DNA of 64,000 nucleotides from Guillardia theta CCMP2712 (Eukaryota > Protista > Cryptophyta): NCBI RefSeq assembly GCF_000315625.1, contig NW_005434554.1:139869-203868 (forward strand). The letters run 5' to 3'. The position numbers and the translations under genes are program-made. Under the pieces are notes generated by a model. That model had not been told where the DNA came from. It did no database searches and saw nothing but the letters and a program-made list of their open reading frames with translations. Positions 49,400-60,768 of this stretch are shown piece by piece. Position 1 is the stretch's first letter; each line of letters begins with the position of its first letter.

Positions 49400-50750
49400 G
49401 TATTCCGCATACAGAGATGACTTGAATCACTTGGATCAGCTGGGAGAGGAACGCCGGCATAGTTCACTTTCCGCCCGTATTTGTCCCTGCGGAGGCTGTC
49501 AGTTTGCTATGTATACACCGCCGTCTCCATGTCACGTGAAGCCGCCCGTCACGTTCATGTCTTCGAAGTAGAGCCCCCTTCTACGGACCATCTTCCAGAA
49601 CACCGTCGTCTTCTCTCCACTCGGTGCTCTGCACAGCAAATCCCCATGAGTAGCCTCAGCCTTGAAACAACTCGCTCACATGTCCGTGGTCAGCGGCGCA
49701 TCTGCGAGCTCCTTTTGAAATTTCTCATCCCTCCTCCTACCATGGAGAGGAGTCACGGAGTATGAGCACAGTGCCACACACTGCAATCAATCACTTGTAG
49801 TCCCAGTCGCTAATCTGCCCTCTTTCGTTCAAAATGGGGCCCTGCCTCTAGGATCCAGTTACCACGGGGTCGACAGTGATGCGGCAAGGGAAGAACATAC
49901 CTCACCCTCGCTTTCTGAAGATGAAGACATATTGCTGACGACTTTGTGAGCTCTTTTGCCGGCATTGGATTCCTGATCATCACTATCAAACGTCAGGTTG
50001 CACCTTGTTCTGCATACAGACCAGTCCAGTTGCAGCTTGTTGCCGTTGAAGGGCAACTTTAGCTGCTTCTTGGATCACTGCTCGCTTCTTGACAGAACTG
50101 GCACTGCTTGCACCATCTACACCTCTATCCGGAAGCCTTGTGACACCGGGGTTGAAGTCTCCCAAGAACTCCAGGGCTCGACTCTCCAGTTCGTATCCCC
50201 GATCAGCCGATTCTGGGGACGATGAAATATACGGCATCGAGTCGCATGCTGGTTGCGCAGCATCTCCGGGGACACAAATCGCATTTGACCTGTCTTCCTC
50301 GTCGTGTGTTCGGTTTTGCGGTTGCTGTATGACCTTGTGAGACTCCGGAGGCAGGAAACTATGAAGCCCAGTCCCTGTGAGGTTGTAACTCGATTCCAAA
50401 GCGGCTTCTTTTGCTGTATCATTCTCCGAGGTGTTTGCGTCTTCTTGTACATGATCAACGACTGATGCATTTTGATCCATGTTCAAGCTATTCCTACTGA
50501 ATAAGTTCTCCCTGCACTGCTCTTTCCGCGTGGTTGGAAATTTTCGTAAAAGTTTTCTTCTACGCTCCAAAAGAGTTTTGAGCGCAGGATTTTCGTCTTG
50601 ACAGCTTGCATTTTCACGCTTCGAAGCACTGAGAATGCCTTCTGATAGTGGAAGATCATGTTCTTGTGTGATAGAGAGTGGGAGACAAAGAAAGTACATC
50701 ATGGCAAGAACGGAGGAGTAGAAGGGGAGCTTTCGTGTAGACAAGACCAT
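49400..50750 (-). CDS. Hypothetical protein with N-terminal hydrophobic segment (3' exons uncertain)
   Basis: 254-aa ORF 49986-50750 beginning MVLSTRKLPFYSSVLAMMYFLCLPLSI, with downstream exon-like segments. No recognisable domain. Confidence 0.45.
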
Positions 50751-51359
50751 CGCTGTAGAGTGTAGACGTATCCTATGCTCGACCCGTTTCTTATGACTAC
50801 TGACGATGCCGAAAGTGTCTTGCTCTTTCCCCTCCCTTTCTTCCTCTCCCTTCTATCCCTTCTATCCCTTCTATCCCTTCTCTCTCTCCTCTCTCCCAGC
50901 CTCCTCCCTCGAGTTTGAACGTAGGCGACTGATCCTGCATGCCCAATAGATCGTTATGTTACCACGTCTGATGGTAGACCAGAGCCAGAGCCGGGCCCGG
51001 CCTGCCAGTGCCGCTGAGCACGGTGCCGACCCGGCTCGGCCGGGCCCGGGGGCGGTATGAGTCTTTCACTGACCGGGTCAGTTTACTCCCGTCGGGCACA
51101 TGAAGACACAATCAACTGTGAAGCTTCATCAACTTCCGAGCCAGGGGGAGTCAGTGCCAATGTACTAGGAGCACATGGCATGGCATGATTTTATTAGAAG
51201 GCCAATTAGAAAATCATGCGGCTAGCAGGTGAAGGGTGAAGATGAGAGCCGTGCTAGTTACCACAGTGACGGTTCTGATGTGCCCCGAGGGGCAGGGGTA
51301 AGGAACTACTGACTGGTACTGATATTTAACGTAACTTTGAGTAAAGAAGGACTGACTAA

Positions 51360-51741
51360 GGGCCGTTTCCCGCCGGCTCCCAGATTCCAGATTTTTGACT
51401 TTATTCAAAATGATTTGAAATTTACCCCGAAATATTCACCGGTGCTTTCAATACATACTGACAGGGGGTGGGGTCCACTGCCTGTTCATATTTCATGCTC
51501 CCAGCGTACCCTGCCTACCTTCTAACAATTTTTCTCGATTGAGCTAATAGTATATTTCCATATAGTGCCTGCCCATTCGAAAAGCAAAATCTGGGAAAGT
51601 CAACCGCATCGTTTCATTCTCAAATTAAAATGACTTATAGTTGAGTTCTCCAAAACATTTGGAGGAGAAAAAAAGAAATTGACTTATATTTGTATGAAAA
51701 AATCTGGAATCTGGAATCTGGGAGCCGGCGGGAAACGGGCC
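51360..51741. mobile_element. Tourist/PIF-Harbinger-like MITE (382 bp)
   Basis: Left TIR GGGCCGTTTCCCGCCGGCTCCCAGATTCCAGATT; the right end reverse-complements to GGCCCGTTTCCCGCCGGCTCCCAGATTCCAGATT. TAA flanks both sides (51357-51359 and 51742-51744). The interior is AT-rich and non-coding. Confidence 0.85.
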
Positions 51742-52805
51742 TAATATCAGTGACGGTGTCAGGGGCCCGGTAAGTACCACCCAGGGTGAATTTATCTTTT
51801 GAACGGATGAGGCGGGGAAGGGGAAGCGGCTGCTTTAGGTGGGGGTGGGTGGTGCAGTATCCGATGATCATGGGGCTCCAGGACTATTGGTCTGAGTGTA
51901 ATTTTCGTAACTTTTAATGGGTGGGGTACTTCAACAGTGGGGTGGTCGGGTTGTCGTGGTTGAAAAATGGGGGTTGGGGGTGGTCGTTGAGTTTTTGTCG
52001 CGAGTACCTTTCCGGGCGATGTCAGATCAAGAGGCTGAGAAATAGGGGTGGAGATAAACAAGGTGGGGTGGTGGTGAAACAAGGCCTGATATTTGTGAAG
52101 TAGGTGCAAATTCATTTAGAAGCAGACAAGTAAAATCAGGGTAAGGGTCCTGGTGCACGTCTGGAGGGCTAGAAAGATGGGTACCAGTCCCTCGTCGTAG
52201 GGTTGTGTTTCGAAGGGAGGGTAGGGTCCGGAAGAATATCTGGGGGACCTGGGGTAGTGATCACCAGGGTAGAATTCGATGCCTTTCGGGGGTGGGTACT
52301 CAGCGGGATAGGGTGTGGTGGGGGTCATGTGTTGGGGTATTTTGCTTTGGTAGGGTAGGTGACTCTCCGGGACTAAATTCGCATGGTGGCTTGTCGTGAG
52401 GAAAGGGCTTAAGCTGAGCGTAGTGCTATGGCGGGAGGGACGAGGATGAGAGCGATGCATGGGACGATGAGAATGGTTGTAAGACAGCATATGATCACAT
52501 CGAATAGCTCAGCAATGCTTTCTTGCCAAACCATACCTCAGTAGAATGCGTCACCGGCTTCGAAACCGATGCTCCTTACAGAAGACTTTGATGCAGCAAC
52601 AGCGTAATCAGTTCGAAGACTGTTTCCCATATAATTTGCTGTGAGGAATATTTCCTGTAGATATTCTGAGACGAGCGATTTGAAGCTCATTTACTTAGAT
52701 GAGTTGTTGTGTCCTTGTACATTTATGCATGCAATTTCTGATAATGCTTTTTCGCAGCTTCTGAAATGTACTAATAATTTCAACACCTCATATTCGTTTA
52801 TTGCA

Positions 52806-55774
52806 ATGTCCACGAGCTGGAAAACTGTGAGCAAAGGCTTTGCAATGCCATAACGACTGAAAGTTTCGGCAGAAGGGGATTCAGATCTTATTGATCGCAC
52901 ACCTTGTGGGCTACGGTACCCTTCCAAAGCGATGTGCTTCTGCTGATTTGAAATCTTCACACCAGCAACATCTTCCTTATCAGAACAAGAATTTTCTGCC
53001 CTCGTCAGCAAGTCAGTAACACCACGAAGCTACTACAGAGCTGACTATTGCACCAGGCTTCATAGGACGATCCCAGGTTTGACTGCGCAGCAGTACAAGC
53101 TTCTGTTCGATAAAGTTACGTAAGTGCTCTTGCTGACTGCCTTTGACCCTATGTGAAATCCTTTTATCCTATGTGAAAATGGAGCAGTTACACGGAATGG
53201 AGATCTCCGAATAGCATTAACGGGCCATCGCCAGAGTTGAATGTTACCTTCAATGTTGTGATCTACCAAGTACTTGTTTAATCCATTCTCACCTCTGAAA
53301 TTTGCTGATGTTTGCTGGTACAGATCCCTCCCTTCGTGATGATCAACAACTTCGATGGTCCGGACCCTGGTAATGCCATGCAAACCAGGACGGACAAGGC
53401 GGGTCTTTCAGGATTGACGTATGGGTTCGTGGGTAAAGTACAAGTCGATAATGATTGACTGACAGGATCGACATCCTCAAGAAGATTAAAGACACGATGG
53501 GGATTAACATCAACTACTACTACCCTTGCGAGTGAGTCATCCTGCTGTAGAGCAGCCCTTTGCCTGACAACGTCTGTTTGCAGTATGTTGAACTACAACA
53601 AAACAAGCAAGGTCGCATCCCCTTGCTGACTCTGCTGCCTAGCAATCTCATGCCATGTTGCAGTGTGCTGAATACGACAAGGCAACTGCTGCAAAGCAAA
53701 TGATAAGCACAGGCACTGCTGGTCCTTTCTATGGTATGATTGATTGCCAGCCTGTAAGACCGCAATGTGAAATCCAACTTTTACAGGACCAAAGTCATTA
53801 TGCAACTCAGTGAATGATTGCTTTGGAGCTGGGGCGTTCAAGTTATCTTCAGACTTGTAAGGTCTTGGGCGTGCAACCTCAGGAGTGATTGTGCTTCAGG
53901 ACGAGCAACTTCTTCGTGACGCAGCCGTACATGGAGAAAGGGTTCTTGTTGTTCACTATGTCTCAGCCTCAAGCCTCCGGGCCCTTCTCCTGGGCAGCTT
54001 CCTTCGACTACATAGTTTGGATCCTCATCGGTGCTGAGATCGTCCTGGTATCTGCTCACCTCCCCTCCCCCTTCCTCTGACTCCCCCCTCCTTTGACTCC
54101 CTCCCCTGACTTCCTCCTTCCCCCTGACCTCTTCTCCTTCCCCCTGACCTCTTCTCCTTCCCTGACCTCCTCCTCCCCTGACCTCTCCTGCTGACTAACT
54201 CCTCCCCTGACCTCTCCTGCTGACTTCCTCCTCCCCCCTGACCTCTCCTACTGACTTCCTCCTCCTCCCCTGGAACTCTCCTGCTGACTAACTCCTCCCC
54301 TGACCTCTCCTACTGACTTCCTCCTCCTCCCCTGACCTCTCCTGCTGACTAACTCCTCCCCAGACCTCTCTACTGACTTCCTCCTCCTCCCCTGGACTGA
54401 CCCACCGGCAGGCGGGCATTGTTCTGATCGTGATTGAGGGATACACCAACAACGAGACGCTGACTCGCAACCCTTTCATGCTCGTTCTCGACACCTTCTA
54501 CTGGTCCTTCACGCTGGTCCTGGGGGTTCAGGATCACCAGCCAGTCACCAACGCAGGAAGAACCCTTGTTCTCGCGCAGCTCTTCTTTGCCCTGCTCCTG
54601 AAATCGATCTTCACTGGTAACCTCAACAGCATCTTGCTCCAGACGCCGACAACAACGAGCATCAAATCCATCGATGAGTTCATCAAGAGCACCAACCCTT
54701 CCATCTCCTTGTGCTTGCCCACCTTGCAGAACTCTACATCTACCTTCATCCAACAGTCTGAGAGCATTTACGGTTCCACGATCACGAAGCACTACGAGAA
54801 GGACGTGTCTTCCTGCCTCATGAATGTGTACCAGGGCAAGTCGACCGCGACATTCTACGATGATTCTGTCATCAGCTACAAGGTCAACAACGAGTTCTGG
54901 CAGATGGGAATGTGCGGGAACAGCGGGGGTTATTGCTCTCAGCCTGGCTTGACCCAGGACACTTGTAAGTGTGACAGTTCGGCCACCAGCTGTAACATCA
55001 CCTTCACGAGCGTGCAAGGTTCCCTGGTGTCAGTGGGCGACATCTTCGGCAGCTTCGGATACACCTTCATCTTCCCTTTGTCCTCCACTCAGATGCATCA
55101 GCTGCAGTTCAGTCAGGTGATCCAGTACTTGAAGGAGACAGGAGACATCTCTGCCATCGAGTCCAACTGGATCGCTGGCTCCTTCAACTGTGCTGGCAGC
55201 ACGGGCAACTCGACTGCCCTGGGGCTGTACAACATGCTGGGCCTGATCATCTTCGTCAGTGTGTGGGCATTTGTTGGCCTCGGCGTCGGGATCTTCGAGA
55301 GCATGATCAAGTTCTTCATCTCGCTCTGCAAGGGAACCAAAAGGAGGAGAGCCTCTCGCTTCGCTCCCACCTCCGATGACGAGGCAGTCGTGAACATCAA
55401 GGACGGGGGAGGGGCTGCTGATGCGACAGCCAACGGGGACAGGGATGAGACCCCCGGGACCCCAACAAGAGCGAAGGTCCCTCCAGCTGCGCCTGACCTG
55501 TCACCCTGCTGATACCCCAGCAGGAAGTAGAGCTGCCTCCCGACCTGTCTGGGCTGCCGACGAAGGAGACGCTGATGGAGCTGGAGGTAGGAGAGGTTCT
55601 GTGTGCGGGGCTGTGACTGACGTATCGCCGCCAGGCGAGGCTTGACAGGATCGAGGAAAGACTGGAGGACCTCCTGTCTCCTCACGAGGACAAGGGCGCA
55701 GTCGGGGAGGCGCATCACAAGGGGTTGAACGGGAACGGGACGAGCTCGGGGGTAAGTCGTGGAGCCTGCGACTA
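52806..55774 (+). CDS. Ionotropic glutamate receptor-like ligand-gated ion channel lacking an amino-terminal domain
   Basis: Signal-like start; S1 FNVVIYQIPPFVM..GFVGIDIL..TQPYMEKG; M1 SFDYIVWILIG; pore DTFYWSFTLVLG; M3 LLLKSIFTGNLNSIL (SYTANL equivalent); S2 IKSIDEF...LKETGDISAIESNW; M4 LGLYNMLGLIIFVSVW. The 3' end is approximate. Confidence 0.88.
54070..54400. repeat. Intronic ~29-33 bp minisatellite (CTCCTCCCCTGACCTCTCCTGCTGACTAA-like)
   Basis: Degenerate tandem units fill most of the intron ~54048-54411 of the iGluR-like gene. Confidence 0.85.
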
Positions 55775-55942
55775 GTGCGACTGGCTGACGGGGGAGCAGG
55801 AGCAGCAGGACTTCGACTTGCTGGGATCATGGAAGAATTAGGGGGAGGGTGCTGGCAGTCGGGGAAAGGGGGGGGAGGGGATGGGGATAGGAAGGGTAGC
55901 GAGAGACACGTCGTGAAGTGTAGAAAGAATATTTTGAACTGG

Positions 55943-57243
55943 TCAAATGTACTGGTCCACCCGAGCATCTCGAGATCCGAGCGATGCTCCGTTGGATTTC
56001 TGAGAGTGCGTGACCTTCTTGTAGTAGTTCCAGTTGACTGTGGGAGCGTCGCGGGTACCAGCCGAGGAGACTGACGAGTTTTCCATGGAGATGAACCACT
56101 GAGCGCGGTTGCTGGGCTCTGCAAGGAAGATGAGAGAAAGTNNNNNNNNNNNNNNNNNNNNNNNNNNNNNNNNNNNNNNNNNNNNNNNNNNNNNNNNNNN
56201 NNNNNNNNNNNNNNNNNNNNNNNNNNNNNNNNNNNNNNNNNGATAAGCAGTAATCTCTCATCCTCGTCCAAATGAATGCTCAGACTTCCACTCCCGCCTC
56301 CTCCCTGTTCTCGGCCATGGAGTAGGAGGAGCAGGGCAGCTTGCTGTGCTGGACTTGAGCGGTTGCCCCTAGCTCACTCCTCAAGTTCTCTCCAGCACAC
56401 TGCAGGGAGTCGCAAAGCTGAAGGAGCTGGTCCTTGGCTCTATGGCTCCTGCATGCGGTCCGGTCATGGTCGCAAGCCTCATCAAGAGCACGTGGAGGAG
56501 CGGGTATGCTGTCCCTCAATCATGGCGACCGGGCGCCGAGTTCTCGCTAGGTCAGAAGAGCGCGTACCTGAGGAGCGGAGAGGAAGAGGAGAGGGAGAGA
56601 GGAGAGAGGAGAGAGGAGAGAGGAGAGGGAGGGTGAGAGACGTCGAGGAGGGTTTGAGTCGGGGGATGGAGAAGGAGGAAAGGGAAGAAATCAATTCGAT
56701 GGATCCAGCAAGGGCAGGGAGAGACAAAGAAACCAGAAGAGAAAGGAGGAAGAGATCACGAGGGGAGCTGAAGGGTCGAGAGAGAAGACAGGATGTAGAA
56801 GGAGGGTCGAGTCACAAGACAGGATGTAGAAGGAGGGTCGAGAGAGAAGACAGGATGTAGAAGGAGGGTCGAGAGAGAAGACAGGATGTAGAAGGAGGGT
56901 CGAGAGAGAAGACAGGATGTAGAAGGAGGGTCGAGTCACAAGACAGGATGTAGAAGGAGGGTCGAGAGAGAAGACAGGATGTAGAAGGAGGGTCGAGTCA
57001 GAAGACAGGATGTAGACGGGGGATCAGTACTTGGCTCGAGGACGTCTTCGACGGGAGTTTTTTCCCTCCTGGAGGTCGGCATCAGATTCTGCTGGTTCCA
57101 TGCCTCGAAAAAGTCCCAGCGCATCCCAAAGTCGCCTGTACAAAGTCAGCCTCCTCCTCTTGCTTCTCCCCTCTCCCTTCCTTCTCCTGCTTCTCTTCCT
57201 TCCCCCGCCTCACTCCCGCCCCACCACTCAGTACATCCTCCTC

Positions 57244-57291
<48 letters not shown>

Positions 57292-59643
57292 TCCCACCTT
57301 CTCTTGACGGAGCCGATGCTCTGCCAATGCTATAGTTGACTTCCTTGACCTGGGAACGTTGAGGGAGGAGGAGGAGGGTCACGGGTAGCACCTGCTCTTC
57401 CTTTGGGAACATCATCGGCTGAGTTGGGACGGCCTCCTTGTGAGCGGGCTGTTGGAATCGTGAGGAAACAAGCGGAGGGAAGGAAAGGAAGGGAGCAATG
57501 GAGCGGAAGGGAGAAGGGAGAGACGGAGCGGAACAGCAGGAAGGAGGAGGAGAGTAAGGGAGAAGGGACGAAGCAGAACACAGGGAGGGAGGAGGAGTGG
57601 GAGGAAGAGAGGGAAGAGAGAAGAAGAACAAGGGAAACAAAGTGAAGCAACGAACTCACCCCGGACACTGGAGCGGCCAACACCCGCTCCTCGAGCACGC
57701 GAGAAATGGGAGGAGAAATCTGCTGAACAGTCAACACTCCTCCTCCCTCCTCCCTTGTTTCCTGCTCCTTCCTCCTTCCTCCTCGTCTTCTCTCCATCTT
57801 TTCCTAGATCCCCCACCTAAAGTCCTCCTCCTCCTCCTCCTCCTCCTTCACCATGACGGGCTTCCTAGGAGGGACCTCGGATATGGCGGGTTTAGATGGA
57901 GGTGCTTCGTATGCTCTTGGGGCCATGGGAGGATCTTGACGTCCATTGGAAGGGATGGAGTTAAAAACGTCTGCTGGTAGAGGCATCTGCGACTGCAAGT
58001 GAAAACCTCCTCCTGTTCCTGGTCCAATTTCTGTTCCTCTCCATCACCTTCATGCTTGTCCTACATCTGCTCCTCCTCCACTCCCTCCCCTCCTCCTTCC
58101 CTCCGCCCTGCTATGCCCTTCTGTTTCTCCTCTCCATCTGGTGTTACACACTGGTCCCTCACGGGATAACCTCTCCCTCTCCCCCTGCTGCTCATCCCTC
58201 CTCTGTTCCCTCTACCGTCTTCGGCTCTGGCTCTTTGTGCAAAGCTTCTGCTTCTGCTAGTTTCGCTGCCAGTGTGCCGGGAGGAAATTCCTGTTGAGGT
58301 GTGAGTGTGGAGGAGAAGACAAAATCTGAGGGAGGAGGAGGAGGAGGAGGAGGAACAACAGAAGAAGAAGCAAACCTGAGAGTATCTCGTTATGTTTGCT
58401 TTGAGCATCGCAAGCTCCTCTTCTACGATGATCTGTCGACGAAGAGACGGAGGAATTCAAAGAGGGGGGAGGAGGCGTCAGGACGTTGTTGTGCAAGGCA
58501 GTGCAACTCTACCGCTTCACTCTTGCTGGACTCTGGGGCCAGGAGCGAAGGATCTTGCTTGGGCTCGTTGACAAGGTGAGGAGGAGGAGGAGCACTCAGT
58601 TTCATGTCCTTGTCAGCCTCCACGGGAGCTCGCGATGAAATCTTGCTCTGCTCGAGCTCGTGCGGTGTATCCTGTGCTTCTAGTAGCAGGATAAGCAGAG
58701 GAGGAGGATGAGGAAAAGGAGGAGGAAGAGGGGAGGGAAGGGGAGGAGGGAGGAGAGGAGAGGAGGGGAGGGGAGGGGAGAGGATTACTGTTGGTTTGAG
58801 TCTTCGTCCTGGGACTGTCTATCAACGGGTCTGTAGCCTTCGACCGCAGCTGCTCACGAGCCTGGAGGGGAAGTGAGAGGAGCCAGGAGCGAAGTCTTTT
58901 GGGAGGGAGGGAGGGAGGGAGGGAGGGGGCGAACAGATTGATGATGATGGTGGTTGTCACGATGATGATAGATTTGGAGGTGATGATAGTCCAATGAAAG
59001 CGAAAGTGAAAGAGAGGAGAAAAAATNNNNNNNNNNNNNNNNNNNNNNNNNNNNNNNNNNNNNNNNNNNNNNNNNNNNNNNNNNNNNNNNNNNNNNNNNN
59101 NNNNNNNNNNNNNNNNNNNNNNNNNNAGGAGGAGGAGGAGGAGGTTGAGGAGGAGGAGGAGGTTGAGGAGGTTGAGGAGGAGGAGGAGGTTGAGGAGATT
59201 GAGGAGAGGAGGAGGAAGGAAGGAATGAGGAGAGGGCGTGAGGTTCGCGGTAGGGATCCAGCGGACGGGAGGATTCTGGCAGCGGCTCACCCATTGCGAC
59301 TGCTCCTCCACTGACGCGACGTCGAACTTCTGTTCGCTCTGAAACTTCGAGTTTGCCTGCTCCCGCTTGATCACCCTTGGCCCTTCACACAACATCAGAG
59401 GCTGACCTGCTTCTGCAGCAGCTCCTTCGCCCACTGCGCTTGATTGACAGCCGAGCCTCCCTCCTCCTGCTTGTCCTCCTCCTGCTTCTTCTCCTCTTGT
59501 GCAGGTACGGCAGCGGCAGCCTTGACGTTCTCCTCCACCTGAGGTTCCATGTCGTTTGCTGCTGCTGCTTCCTCCACCACCGTTTGCGGGGGCTCTACGA
59601 CCTTTTCATCCTTGCCCTCCTCCTTCGCCGCTTCCACCACTGG

Positions 59644-59702
<59 letters not shown>

Positions 59703-60768
59703 ATTGAGGTTTGCCTGCTCGAGTATATCAGTCGAGTGACAGTAAGGAAGTTTTTTACCCGAGAAGAGGTTCTTCTCGTTCATGAGCTGCAGCAAAGTCT
59801 CGATGTCTAGCGACTCAATCTCGTCCGCTCGGAGGTTGAGGAGGGTCGAGTATCGCTCCATGAACGACCCTTGCCATTCCTGACACGTCCTGGTCAGTCA
59901 CTTGCTCCTCAGTCCTCCCCTGCTTCGCTCTCCTCTTCTCCATCCCCCAATCCACTCGCCCTCTGCTCTCCTCTGCTCTCCGCTCCCCCCTCTGCTCCGC
60001 CCTCCTTGCTTTTCTTTCCTTCCCTGCGCTGCTTCCCTGCACTTATCCACCACCTCAACTTTGCCCTTCCCTCCCTCCTCCTCGAGCCCTCTGAGCTCAC
60101 ACCTCTATGGCCTCCTGCCCTCCGTCCAAGGCGCCGCCGAGGGATCTGTCGCTGCTGTGGAGGACAGGGTCGGACCACAGCGTGGAGTTGACAAGGGAGG
60201 CTCTTTCGAACACCATCCCCTGCTGCGACTGCTTCCACGTAAAGAACTGAAACGCAGCCCACATGTGGCTCTGCCTGACGTCCTCCGACGAAGCTGTCTT
60301 GGGGAGCAGGGCTACCGTGCTTTTGTCGTACTTGCCGTTGTTGTCGAGGAGAGGCTCAGTGACGATCAGGGGCTGGTTGGGTCGCTGAAGGAGGCGGTAG
60401 ATGGTCTTCTGGAAGAAGCTTGCCTTGAAGAGATAGTTAGACTTGACGGCGAACAGGTTGCAACAGAGAAACGCCAGCGACTGGATCTTGACGCTGTCGT
60501 AGATGAACTCCTCGGGCATCTGTTTGAAGGCCTTCTTCAACACTCTCACCGATCCGTCATCTGTGTCCTTCATCCTTATGCACCCGTACTGTTGGCCGTG
60601 CGCAAACATGCGCTTCGCCACCTTGACCTGCACCGTGTTGTTGTCCCACGAGTTGCTCTTGGCGTCGAAGATCAACCGCTCGGACTGCTCGGCTGTCACA
60701 TTGTCGACGTCGTACAGCTCGTTCATGTCGACTCCCTGTTGACTCTGAGTGGAATTCACCCCTGCCAT
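55943..60768 (-). CDS. Multi-exon protein with N-terminal degenerate alpha-kinase (eEF2K/MHCK-like) domain and low-complexity tail; exon joining uncertain
   Basis: 60097-60768 encodes WDNNTVQVKVAKRMFAHGQQYGC, VLKK, VKIQSLA, QRPNQPLIVTEPLL, AFQFFTWKQS and WSDPVLHS, which are co-linear with alpha-kinase subdomains. Confidence 0.65.
56773..57016. repeat. 31-bp tandem repeat, ~8 copies (GTCGA-GAGAG/GTCAC-AAGACAGGATGTAGAAGGAGG)
   Basis: GTCGA recurs at 56775, 56806, 56837, 56868, 56899, 56930, 56961 and 56992; intronic. Confidence 0.95.

Noticed and set aside
56330-56570. Plus-strand LRR-like reading LAVLDLSGCP*LTPQVL...KLKELVL
   Set aside because: It has an in-frame stop, sits next to a gap and lies antisense within the minus-strand gene. 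It is too short to call a pseudogene or readthrough case.
56773-57016. CRISPR array
   Set aside because: Units are contiguous with no unique spacers, there are no cas genes, and the context is a eukaryotic intron.
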